Assembly: GCA_001179505.1 (NCBI GenBank)
Contig: CDMY01000447.1
Span: forward strand, 62,001-126,000
DNA length: 64,000 nucleotides
Source of the DNA: Vitrella brassicaformis CCMP3155
Taxonomy: Eukaryota > Protista > Chromerida
Direction of reading: 5' to 3'
Position numbers and translations under genes: made by a program
Shown: piece by piece, positions 25,141-36,499 of the stretch
How the letters are laid out: the number at the start of each line of letters is the position of its first letter
How positions within the stretch are numbered: the stretch's first letter is position 1
Notes under the pieces: generated by a model
Told to the model about the DNA's origin: nothing
Database searches by the model: none
Seen by the model: only the letters and a program-made list of their open reading frames with translations

Positions 25141-25353
25141 CGTGACGTGACGACGGTGGATTGGATCAACAATCACAATGGCTCTCTCGCACACTATCGA
25201 ACCGACGACGCCTCTGCACTCCGCAAAGACCAAACGTCAAATCAAAGAGAGCCACATCCACCGCAAAGAAGAAGCTCGCAGATCTGTTTGAGGGGACCGG
25301 CTTTCGGGCTCTGTCTTGATGTGCTTGACCGTTCCGGATCTGCCTAAGAAACG

Positions 25354-25645
25354 ATGTCTGCAGCAGGCTCTGTGTGGAACAAAAACAGGTACGACGCGAG
25401 AGAGAAGGAGTAGATCATGACAGTGGCAGGGATGACTGACTGACGGCTTGGCTTGTGTGGTTCCTTTGTGCGATCGATGTAGTTGGCATTGGGAGGAGAA
25501 GAACTACGGCAAGTGGGCAGAGGAGCACATCGGCAGCCTGCTCACATCATTCACTCTCGACGGACCGCATGGCACCATTCGGCTTCACAACCCAACCGTC
25601 AACGGCGAGGTAAGTGCAGTACGCCCCTGACAGACACACAGACAC

Positions 25646-25681
<36 letters not shown>

Positions 25682-27492
25682 TGAATGAATGGAGATGCAC
25701 AAAGCGTGAAGCTGGTCTCTGCTGGCGTACTGGATGTGTTTGTGTGTGAATGCGTGTAGGCGTCAGTGTCAGTTCGTAAGGGCAAGCGGATCGCCGCTTA
25801 CGAGTACAAGCTGGACTGTCAGTGGAGCGGTGAGGCACCCTCGGGCGAGGCCGTCAACGGCACACTCGCCGTACCCGACTTCTCCGTCGAATCTGTGCAG
25901 GTACACTGACAGACAGACAGACAGACAGACAAGCATCGCTGTCTTCGCTGCTTTACACACACTTATGTGTGTGTGTGTGTGTGGGTGGATGTGTGTGTGT
26001 GTGGATGTGTGGACGTTGTCAGGATGATGACTACGAGGTTCGGGTGAACGTGCAGACGTCCTCTGATGCGGCGACCGCCCTCAAGGTCAGACAGACAGAC
26101 CGACCACACCACGTAGCAGTGTGTCTGGGATAAAGAGTGACTGCCGGTCGGCTGTGGGGCTGCATGGCCTGCGTGTGTGTGTGTGTGTCTAATAAATACA
26201 AATACATGCAGGAGTATCTGAGGAAGGATGGTGCCAAGAAGCTGCGGGCCCATCTGCGGCAGTTCCACGACGCCATCAACACTGCCGAATCAGAACCTGG
26301 TGAGTGAGTGACTCTCCCCCCTACCTAAACACACAACACAACACAACTCGGCTTGGCTTGGATGTATTCATTGATCTGCTCTCCATCTGTGGATGGATGG
26401 ATGGATGTCGCATCAATCATGTGCAGATCGTCTTGAGGCCGACAAGAAGCGTCGCGAGGAGGAGCTGGCGAGGATGCAGGCTGCGCAGCAGACCACTGGC
26501 GAGGCCAAGCTCAAGATGCTCGAACAGACCAAGGCAGAGGAGGCCAGGAAACGAGAGGCCAAAGCCCAACAACCACCAGCGCAAGCACCGGCACAGGCAC
26601 CGGCAGCAGAGGCGCCACAGCGGATTGTAAGCTAGTGGGGTGTGTGTGAAGGCAGCAGGGAGGGGATGAGCCAATGCGCGTGTTGTGCGTTGTGGTGTTG
26701 TCTTGTGTGTGCAGGAGGCTCAGCCGGAGGGTAAGGGTTCGGTGTGGAACGTCAACAGCTGGCAGTGGGAGGAGCGGCCCATGACTCAATGGGCGGAGAA
26801 GCACCTCACGCACAAGCTGCAAGACACACAGGTGAGGACGCCACACCGAGCCACCCAGCGAATGACACACACACACACACACGCACACGCACTGTCTGCC
26901 TGCCCATCTGTGTCTGTCGATTAGCTGACCCTTCTCGACGGCTCAACCAGCGTGTCCTTGCTCGACCCCAAAATCAAAGGAGACGTAAGCACCGCGCACC
27001 CACCCTGCAGACACGTGCTGTGTGCTGTATGCTGTGTGTGTGGCACATTAATGTGTGCAGGCGTCGAGCAGCATCCGCAAGGGCAAGAAGCTTCTGGTGT
27101 TCGACCTCAGCCTCACCGTGGCCTGGTCGGCCACACGGAGGGAACCCAATGGCGACTTCATGGCTGACGCTAAAGGTAATAGCGCCCCTCTGACCGCACG
27201 ACACCTCAGCCACCCCATGCTTCGTCTGCTGTGCCCAGGTCGCATAGAGGTGCCAGACTTCTCATCTGAGAGTCTGGGTGACATCCAGGTCAAGGTGACG
27301 TGTGACCAGAAAGAGGCGCCGCGGGAGATCATCAACCAGGCCATGAGAAAGGAAGGCGTCGACCAGCTCAAAACCATCCTGCTCAGGTATGATGTGTGTG
27401 CCTGTGGGGTGGGTGGAGAAAGGTGTGTGATGGGTGGATGTGTTGTTTTGTCGGTCGGTTGCAGCTTCGTCGACGAGATGCGGCAGGCGTGA
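25354..27492 (+). CDS. Activator of Hsp90 ATPase (Aha1) family protein with two N-type domains
   Basis: Domain 1: SVWNKNS|WHWEEKNY...SVRKGKRIAAYEY...GTLAVPDFS. Domain 2: GSVWNVNSWQWEERPM...SIRKGKKLLVFDL...IEVPDFSSE. A coiled-coil linker joins them. Stop at 27492. Confidence 0.9.
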
Positions 27493-27953
27493 GGGTGGTT
27501 GGTGCGTGTTGACCTGGTCGAGTGCATTCTTGTACACCTGCCCGATGGTTGTGTATGGCTGTTTATTATGCAAGTGGGTGGGACGGCCGATGACTGCGTG
27601 GCTTGTGTGGATCCATCCATCTGTGTGGGTGCGTGTGTGGGCTGGGGGGGGAGGGCTTCTTGTGGACTGACTGGGAGGAAGACCACTGGTCTATCTATCT
27701 GCGTGAAAGCAGCATTTGTCAGCTGCACTCCCACACTCATTCAGGGGTTCATTCACTCACTGCACCAATGCGTCAGTCAATGAAAAGCGCATATGAAATG
27801 AATTCAGACAGACATCGACTTAGTCGTCATCAGCTACGGGGGGGGGGAGAAAACGGGCCACTCATGCCATGCGGGAAGTCCATAAAACACCCCAGTGGCA
27901 CACGGCACACACACACACACTTCAAATATATAATGTGTCGGCGAGTAGAGGTG

Positions 27954-27997
27954 CTACTTAGCCAGCCCCTTAACCAACTCATAGCTGCCAGCACGAA

Positions 27998-28028
<31 letters not shown>

Positions 28029-29633
28029 TAGAGAGAGAGGTCATTGCACCATTGATTCATATTGTGCTGTGTGGTTATATGTATACCTGCCGAATTGAAT
28101 TGCTCCCGACAGGACGGCACGTACGAGGCGGGGAGATACCCCAGACCACAGCCTGGCGGGACCTTCCTCCGTGGCGATGCGCATGCCGCAGTCGACGATG
28201 CCACTGTAGGCCGCTGATGACGATGCACTGCTGTCAGACTGCGCGGCAACGCCACCGCCATAGCTGCTGGCGGGCGATGCTGCGGCAACCGACGTCTCGC
28301 GTTTATCCTGGGTCATCAGCCGTGTGCTGCATAGAGAGGCAAGCAAGAGAGAACGTGCCTGCCTGGATCAATCAATGCGCCCCAGGTCAGGAGGCAGGCG
28401 TGTATCACCTGCCTCGCCTCTTTGCTGCCTACCCTACCGGATGACATCAAGAGGGTTCGTGAATAGCTGTGCGGTGCAGCTGGCCAGGCTGCCGGCCGCC
28501 GTCTTCTCAAGTAGGGTCAGCTCGCCACCGAGGGCTGCCTTCAACGAGTCGTAGACCAGGAACTTGATGACGTCCGTCGGGTAAGCATAGGCGATGTTGG
28601 CATTGTACCCAGTGTACAATCCACCTGAACCAACCAACAACCGAACAAACAAACAAACAAACAAAGGCAGTCGGCTCAGTGGCGTATATGGATTTCTTGT
28701 CTTCCTTCCGCCCCCAACCCACCGATTCCATCCTGCTCGACTGTTTTCCTGATGCCGTCCAGTGTGTTGTTGGCGAGGCCAGCCTGACACCTCGTCTTGA
28801 CCACCTGCATGTTATGTGCATGAATGAAGCCAGAGAGTCGATGGCTGGCCAGCCACCACCCCCACTAATCGCATCCTTGCCTGCCTACATACCTCTGAGG
28901 GCGTCCTGACAAGCCAGTATGGCACGCTCGCGGCGAGCACTGCAGCCGATGTCCGCACCTGAAGATTCCCCGATAACCCTGCCTGCGCAAGATAAGCCAT
29001 CGACGTGTCCTTGACGCCGAAGAAGAGGGCGGACGCCGGTGTGCCGACCACCAAGGGCGGCACAATGCCGCGATACAGGTCGTCAAAAAGCCCGTCATTG
29101 GTCTGATTGCGAAGCTGCAGCCGGGCACGCAGCGTATCCAGGGGATGCAAAATGGCGTCTTTGCCCAGGCGGCTCGCCCCGCCTCCAGCCAGTCCACTGA
29201 TGAGCTCCTTAGCCAAACCCTTGTCTGCTCCAGCTCCTCCCGCTTCTGGTGGTAGCGAAGTGGGGACAGGAACAGCAGGCACAGCAGCTGAGGCAACCTT
29301 GTCGGAGGGAGAGTGGAAGGCGCTTGTGGCGACTCCTATGGTCAGCAGGCCGGACAATAGAGACCCTCCATTCAGATGATCTCTTCGACCGACTCGTGGC
29401 TGCTCATCAGACAGTGAAGACGCGCGGCTCGTGCGCCTTTGTTCCGTTGATGTGTCATGGCCGCGACTGCCGCTTTGTGCGACTAAGGAAGCTGACACGT
29501 GGTGCCGTTGCAAAGGCGGCAAAGGCCCAGCTCGGTGGGCAAGGCCGAGATAACGACTCGGACGATGAATGGTCAAGAAAGCCCCTACAGGAAAACTCGG
29601 CTGCGGATGCCTTGCAGAGCAGGAGGAGCCCAT
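27954..29633 (-). CDS. Mitochondrial carrier family (SLC25) protein, SAM-carrier-like, with long N-terminal extension
   Basis: Three PX[DE]XX[KR] signatures: HPLDTLRAR, TPSEV|VKTR, NPLDVIR|TR. Also LYRGIVPPLVVGTPASALFFG and LWSGVSPRL...AIQFGS|YELVKGLAK*. The start codon is uncertain. Confidence 0.88.
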
Positions 29634-29717
29634 GAGGGAGATCTGATCTGTTCACACGATGCTGCAACGCACAGATCACCATATGCACACCGGTGATGGA
29701 ATGCACGCGCTTTTCTC

Positions 29718-29815
29718 GTAGATCTTACACAGTTGCGAGTAGCCTGACGACGTCGGGGTACCTTGGAAAGAAGAAGACGGACGCGGAACCTCGGCTAAGC
29801 TCGCAGTGCGAGCTT
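29718..29815. promoter_or_regulatory. Candidate bidirectional-promoter element, copy 2, with palindrome
   Basis: GTAGATCTTACAC-ag-TTGCGAGTAGC-c-TGACGA (29718-29750) plus AAGCTCGCA-G-TGCGAGCTT (29797-29815). Lies between the carrier gene (-) and the RRM gene (ATG 29924, +). Confidence 0.55.
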
Positions 29816-29923
29816 TGCATCTTCACACGTTCTCCTTCCCTGCCTTCTTCTGACGCTGCTGTATCTTGCACTGTTCCCCATGCTATCGTTTATGCATCAA
29901 GATCTTTAGGAAAGAACCAACCC

Positions 29924-31110
29924 ATGGCGGAAACGACGGCCATCGCTCAGCTGCTGCAGGCACTCCAGGCCCAGCAGCAGGGCCAGCCGGCTGCCGCTAT
30001 GCCCCTCAACACCCCCGCTGCCGCATCGTCCCAACCAACTGACGTGGAAGTCGCCATCCCATCAGCTGACTTCGACTACGAGCTGCAGCAGGAAGATCTC
30101 CGCTCTCTGATGGCCGTGTTCGGGCAAGTTCTCGGCGTGAGCGTCAATCCGATGGAGGGCTCGGCAACAGTCACGTTCGCGCGAGAGGAGAGCGCACTGG
30201 AGGCAGTGAGGGAGCTGAACGGCGTGTGGCTGCGGCCGTACTCGCAGAGGCTGGGTGTGCGTGTGGTCAGTGGGCCTACCACACGCACAGGGAGACCGTC
30301 GAGGGAGAGTGCGGGTGCGTCGGCATCAGCTGCTGGTGGTGGTGGCGACGGTGGACAGGGCAAGGGTAGGAAGCAGATGTGTCGACTTGAGCTGGTGGAT
30401 GTGTTCGGGCAGGAGCCGGAGTTCAACATCACACTGGTGGGTGTCAAAGGGTCAGTCAGTGGGGTGGCGGGCAGGGCTGGGCAGGGGTGGAGAGAGTGCA
30501 TCGATCAATTTATCGTGCTCGTGTGTGTGTGTGTGTGTGTGCTGTTTGTCAGCGGATGCTGGGTGACAACAACTCCAACATCCTCCATATACTGAACGAG
30601 GCGTGGAAGCTCGTCGACATACACATCAAAGGTACTCAGGTACCACACACACACTACCAGACACGTAACAGTGTGTGCCTGTGTCCCGTCACCTTGGGGG
30701 GATGTATGGGTCAACCAACATAACACGTAGGCAAGGCGACCAACCAGGCGCCCGCATCCGAGCGGCTGCACCTGACCATCACCTCATCCGACGCACAGGC
30801 CTACCGCACAGCACGGGACCTTGCTGAAGACCTCTTCGCCGCCATATGCGACCAGTTCAGGGACTTCTGCAAGTCAGTGACGTGACATCACCCTCCACCC
30901 ACACACAGACGGCTCTCTGTCTGCCGATGGATAGATGGACTTGTGTGTGTGTGTGCGTATGCCAGGGTGAAAGGTCTTCCCCCGCCACACAGCATGGGTT
31001 TCCGTCGGCATGACTACATCGAGGATATGTCCCAGCCGAACAAACTCAACTACATCGGGCACAGGGAGAGGTGGTCCCTCATGGGCGGGCTCATGCACGA
31101 TAGAGATTGA
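29924..31110 (+). CDS. RNA-binding protein: RRM plus degenerate KH-like domain
   Basis: RRM-like region EDLRSLMAVFGQV...ATVTFAREESALEAVRELNG. KH-like region RMLGDNNSNILHI...VDIHIKG...RLHLTITS...ARDLAEDLF resembles KHDC4/SF1-type KH. TGA at 31108-31110. Confidence 0.7.
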
Positions 31111-31777
31111 CCTCGTCGATCCATCCAATTATGGAGAGAGACGACACACACAGACAGATGAGGCAGGACGACTCAAGTGTGCGTGTGGGGTCCGTTGATA
31201 GAGAGCGGGCATGAAGACCCCCAATGACCTTGGGTGCGTGGACTGTAAATCGAAAAATCATTGACCAGTAGGTTGTTTGGTTGGCATGGCGTGTCCACCC
31301 CCTGACCGACAGACCATCCCACGCACGCACTCACTGAGAGATGGATGCATGATTCACATTGGAGCCAGTGCGAGGCAGCCAGCTAGCCAGGCAGCTACTG
31401 CTGCATACGCTGGCTATGCACCTAAGAGTGTGTGTGTACCTTATCTTACTCGCAGGCAGCTCAAAAATTATCGCATTATCATTTCATCTGCACAATCGCT
31501 CTGCTCTGCTCTCTCGTCCCATCCCACCCCTCTCTGTCCCCCCCCTGTGCGCCCACACCTCCCGCCCACCCACCCATAACGTCACAGTGAGACAAAGCGC
31601 CTCAAATCTGATCCACCTGACTGTCTGACTTACTGCACTCCGCAGACCTTCCACATCGACACGCCATTGCCCACGCACTGAAAAAACCCTCACTTGGTCA
31701 GCTGTCCATCACCCACAGCCCACAGCACAGCCCCTCCCTCCTCCCTCCCTCCCTCCCTTCCTTGATATCTGTCCCCT

Positions 31778-32572
31778 CTAGAATAGTTTCTCTTGCAGCA
31801 CATCGCTGTCCCATGCTGGGTGGTTAAGGACCTCCTTGAACAGAGTGGTGCCCCTCAGTGTGTTGGTGAGCGGCAGGTGCCCCCTGGGCGCCTTGTCGAG
31901 GTCATACATGAACTCATTCTCGCCGAACCACCGCCTCAGCCGCTCGATGCCGTCCTCCATCTTGGACCACCCCACCTTGCTGCAGAAGGTCTGGAAGTCG
32001 GCCCTGCACGTCTTCCACACCTTCTTCTGCACACTGTAGCCGAACCGGCCGTTGCTGTAGTGCAGCCACAGCCGCTCGATGGTTGCCATGTCCGTGACGG
32101 GGATCTTCCGCACCTCCGTGAAGTACACGTACTTCCTCATCTGCGCACCCGGCCCCGCCAGCTCAATCAGCATGTCCCGCGTGAACTGGTCGGCCTCCTT
32201 GAAGTCCTGCTTCGCCAGCATACACGCCAGAGGCCGGTAGTCCTTCCCCGCCTCTGACGGCAGGTGCTCGGGGATGCTCGCCACCTCCACTACGGCATCC
32301 GTCTTCGAGGGCTCCAAGTCGGGCAGAGGGGAGCTCTCAATGGCCGAAGGGGCAATGGATGGCGGGGCGTCTGTCACGGTGGACGATGCTGAGAGGGCGA
32401 CAGATGAGGGGAAGCGGGCGGTGCGTAACCGGCTGAGGGTGGAAGAGAAAGGGGATCGTCTGGAGAGGAGGGAGGGGGAGGGGAGCTGCTGGAAGGCTGC
32501 GCATAGATAGATGCCGATGGCGGCGTTGAGGCAGACGGGTACAAACACGCCCATCCCGGTGCTGCCCGTCAT
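31778..32572 (-). CDS. GUN4: GUN4 (Mg-chelatase cofactor, porphyrin-binding), plastid-targeted, intronless
   Basis: DYRPLACMLAKQDFKEADQFT, YVYFTEV, ATIERLWLHYSNGRFGYSVQKKVW, GHLPLTNTLRG and LNHPAW are GUN4 motifs. The N-terminus has a hydrophobic signal peptide ending CAA-F followed by an S/R-rich transit-like segment. Confidence 0.95.
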   Translation of the reverse strand: MTGSTGMGVFVPVCLNAAIGIYLCAAFQQLPSPSLLSRRSPFSSTLSRLRTARFPSSVALSASSTVTDAPPSIAPSAIESSPLPDLEPSKTDAVVEVASIPEHLPSEAGKDYRPLACMLAKQDFKEADQFTRDMLIELAGPGAQMRKYVYFTEVRKIPVTDMATIERLWLHYSNGRFGYSVQKKVWKTCRADFQTFCSKVGWSKMEDGIERLRRWFGENEFMYDLDKAPRGHLPLTNTLRGTTLFKEVLNHPAWDSDVLQEKLF

Positions 32573-32789
32573 CTTGCGCGAACGGGTAGCAGATGCACCA
32601 CGACGTACACGACGGACGACGCTGATGCCAAAACGCTTCTGTGACGGCAGATCTTTCCCCTTGCGCCTTTCACACAGAAGGCGGGATCGCAAGCTCGCAG
32701 TGGCAGGTGATGGGTTCGACAGATCTTGTGTGTTTTTGTGACGTGGAGGTCGGCGAGAGGCAAGAAAACTCAGGCCCACATCTCAGCTG

Positions 32790-35180
32790 CAACCGGCAGC
32801 AGCCGATTGAAGAGGCCCCACAAGCGCGGCCGAGCGACGAGGGCGGAGGTGCTGCAGAGGGCAAGAGCGGCCGGCGCCCGGAATCATTCGACAACGAAGA
32901 CGATGAGTGTCACGGAATCGTCGGAAAGCAGCCTGGCAAGCAGCCGAGCGGCACCAGCCACGGGAGTGGTGAAAATTGGATTCCTGAATTGCCTGAATCG
33001 CCGACAGATGGGCATAATGTGGACGAAAGGGGCGACTGGAGGACAGAGGCGAGGAAACTTAAAGAGATGGTTGCTCAATTTCACGAGGGGGCAGGCAGCA
33101 AGGCGTCGTACGAAGAGTTTCCCACTACCCTTCGATACGAGACGCGAGTCAACGACAGCGGGGAGGTCGAAGAGAAGCTTGTCGGGATAGCGTTCACTCC
33201 CGAGCCCTTCATCAACACTGCACGGAGAGTCGCCCGTGTCCTTCTCTTTCAACTGGCAACTGCATTGGTCTTTGCAATCGCGTGGGCGCTCTTCTGTGTG
33301 GGTAAGACAAAGCCAACTTCACATGCAAGGAAACGCATATGTATCTGGACGGATGCCATCATGTTTGTGCGTCTATGTAAGGTTGCTGGCCGATGTGTGA
33401 GTACAAGAGCTTCAGTCGCGGGGTGCCGTGGATAGTACTTGATTTCGTTCGTGTGCTGCTTGTATGTGTCGACTATATCGCCACCGCACTCCTAACGGCC
33501 GAGGGGGATGGAGGACTAGCTTTGCGACTCCTTGTCTCGTGCTGGTGGCTTACCGTGCCTGGCGTACTGTTCATTTTTTCAAGGCCGGTGGTGCACCATT
33601 TTTTGGAGGATTCAGAGTCGTGTACAGAACTTACATAATGCTCCCTGCGGCGTCTTTCGTCAGCATCCTAGTGGCGTTCCTCTTCTTTCGCTTCAGCGCC
33701 CACAGGAATAAGACCGTTATGCGGCACAGGAAGACGACCTATTCCTTTCAGCTGACGTTGATATTTTCTATACAAGTATCACTCGGAATCGTCATGTAAG
33801 TTGAAGTCCCGATATCAACATTCATTGTTGGCCTGCTTTTTGTCTCGTAGCCGAATATTTTTCCTCCCCCTGGCCGCAGGAGGGGGAGCGGACACGACCG
33901 ATGCGGAGCGAACACGAGTGGCATTCGGTTTCCTGCTGATCACGTGGCCACTCCTTGGATTAGGTACGTTGGTTCTGAAATCATGCTGATTGCCTAGCCA
34001 TTCTGACCAATCAATCAGTGACTGCCACCAATCGGGCTATTCGGGACGGATCAGCACTGCAGACAGCACCATGTCTCGCCTTTGGGGCTGTTGCGCATGC
34101 TTTGTTTCCTCGCATGTAAGCAGCATCCGAGTGAGAGACGAATATACATGATCAATGCATTGCTCTACAGACTTCAGTCAAAAATGGCATTGCTTTCGCC
34201 GCATCAAATCCTGACATCTGTCGCTCTCGGGTAAGGTCTGCCTGACATAGTGGCCCCTGCCATTCGGTGCTCTTCGAACAGGTGCTTCGACCTCTTGACG
34301 GACATCGCGATTCCATATTGTATGCAAGCAATCGATATATTGCATTCCAAATCATGTCTTTTCACGATCTCTCTTGCGTGAGCAGGTGTTCTCCTTGGTG
34401 GCGCGAGCACGAGGCTATTCATACGACTGGTGGCCCGCTTCAAGCCGAACCAAAGGGAGACGCAAGATCAGCATGATGCTGTCGACATTATTACCGTCAG
34501 GGACGCTATGGGAGCTGTGGCTGAGAGCAACAGCGATCAAAAGCCCGGCCCTTCACTGAGTCATCTTTCCACGAGGGCGGCATCGTACCGTCGTTCAAAA
34601 AAGAGTGCGGCATTCGATCGCCTCCGCTCCATGTTAAGCGGCTCGTCGCTTGCATCGCAGCTGAGTACGATACTTGACGCGCAGTCCAAATTCGTGACGG
34701 AAGGGTACCATCCCACGTTCCTTCGTCGACTCAGCGACGTGAGCACTTGAGAGCATATGGGGAAAATAACGACAGGAAGAGCCATGCATTCCATCCATGT
34801 ATGTCTCCTGCCCCTGTTGATTGAGTACAGCAGGTCCATTTGTACGGCCTGGCGGAGCTGACCGCACTGGTACGAACACAGGCAGGGAGGCAGGGAGGCA
34901 GGGAGGCAGGGAGGCAGGGAGGCAGGGAGGCAGGGAGGCGATGCATCTGTTCTGTCACTTTACTCACAGATCTTCTCCAATTTGTGCTCCATCATCTTCG
35001 AACAGGTGTGTGTGGACGTGCAGCATGCACACGTGCCGTGTATGTGTTTCGTCATGCAGATCTTGTCTCCATCTGGCAAGCGGTTGGCGGAGAGATTGGC
35101 TGGCCTGGCGGTCCTTGTGCTTATCGAGATGAGCCTCGAATTCCTACTCTTCTGCGTGAGCTACATAGCTCTCCATTAAA
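32790..35180 (+). CDS. Putative multi-pass membrane protein (fragmented; may be a pseudogene)
   Basis: An acidic N-terminal ORF is followed by several hydrophobic segments in successive short ORFs (VLLFQLATALVFAIAWALFC; LRLLVSCWWLTVPGVLFIF; FVSILVAFLFF; VAFGFLLITWPLLGLG; LAGLAVLVLIEMSLEFLLF). Exon structure not resolved. Confidence 0.4.
34881..34939 (+). repeat. (GGCAGGGA)7 octamer tandem repeat
   Basis: Seven perfect units read directly from the sequence. Confidence 0.95.
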
Positions 35181-35506
35181 GCGCAAAGACAAGGGCAATT
35201 CCATTCGCTCACCATCTGCCTGGGTGTGGCTGGCTGTCTTGTCTTGGTGCGTTGGATGCAGTACATGGTTCGTGTGATCAATTTGCCATTGACCAGGAGC
35301 GAGAGGGAGCCGAAAGCCGTGAGGATGCGACTCATGGGCATGTTGTTCGCGGGGAGCTGCTGTGTCGTCCACGGTGCCTCATCAATGGTCGTGTTCGTTT
35401 TGCAGTCGTTGGACAGAGAGGCATATGGTAGCGTGGAAGTGCGCGACTACTGCCCGCACGACTCTTTCCTCTTGCGGAGACACATGGGAGCATAATTGAT
35501 TGAAAT

Positions 35507-35539
<33 letters not shown>

Positions 35540-36499
35540 AGATATCCGTATGCCGTGCTGTGCTCCGCTAAGACAAGAAAAGTGGCTGTCGCCAAGGTTT
35601 TCGTGTCTCATGTAGGTAGGGCTGATTTTGACGAGTGGTGCCCGAGGCCTCACGTACTAGGACTTTATTGGTTGTAATTGGCGAGTAAGCGGGGCTTCGG
35701 TGTCGTTTCGCTTCACCTCACCAATGTGACTTATCTGCGTTGGTGCGATGACTAAAACTGCTGCAGGCGTTGCACGTCAATGAGCGGTTCATCCACACAC
35801 ACACCGTTAAGTCACTCGGCAGACAGCAGGACATGCACAAGTCGTGTCACTACCAGCCATCCATCCATCCATTGCACCCTGCCATGTGGTTTCTCAGTCA
35901 GTCCCCATCAAAAACGAAACACTTTGCCTGTCTATTTCACCCATATATCGAGAAAAGGTAGTCTGCGGCCAAGCAGACAGACAGACAGACAGACAGACAG
36001 ATGTGGCCTCACTGCCATCCATCCATCCATCCATCCCTGCTTTGCGTGCAGCTCACACCGACGTGTCACTACTGAGGTCCCTCCCTCCCTCCCAGACACA
36101 GCATCTTCTCGTGCATTGCAGCCAAGCACAGACAGTCAGCAATGATGCGGCTATCTGTCTCCCCGGCTACTCCTCCTCCTGTTCCTCCTCTCCGTCGTCT
36201 TCCTGCACGGCCGGGAGGGCCGGTACGGGGTCCTCGGGCGGCTCGTACTCGGGCTTCTCACCAGCCAATCGCTTGCTGCACACATACACAATACAGAGCA
36301 GCCACGGAGGTCATTTACAGACACATGGCCGGTAGGTACCTCGTGTCTGCCTCGTTGTGTGTATGTGTATACGTCACCTGCGTCGCACAGCGCTGCCCTG
36401 GTTCGACAAACCCACATCGTCTGGAGAACACACAACACATCACACCGCAGGATAGACACCACACCACACCATCGACATGTCCTCAGCTGACTGTTTTGT

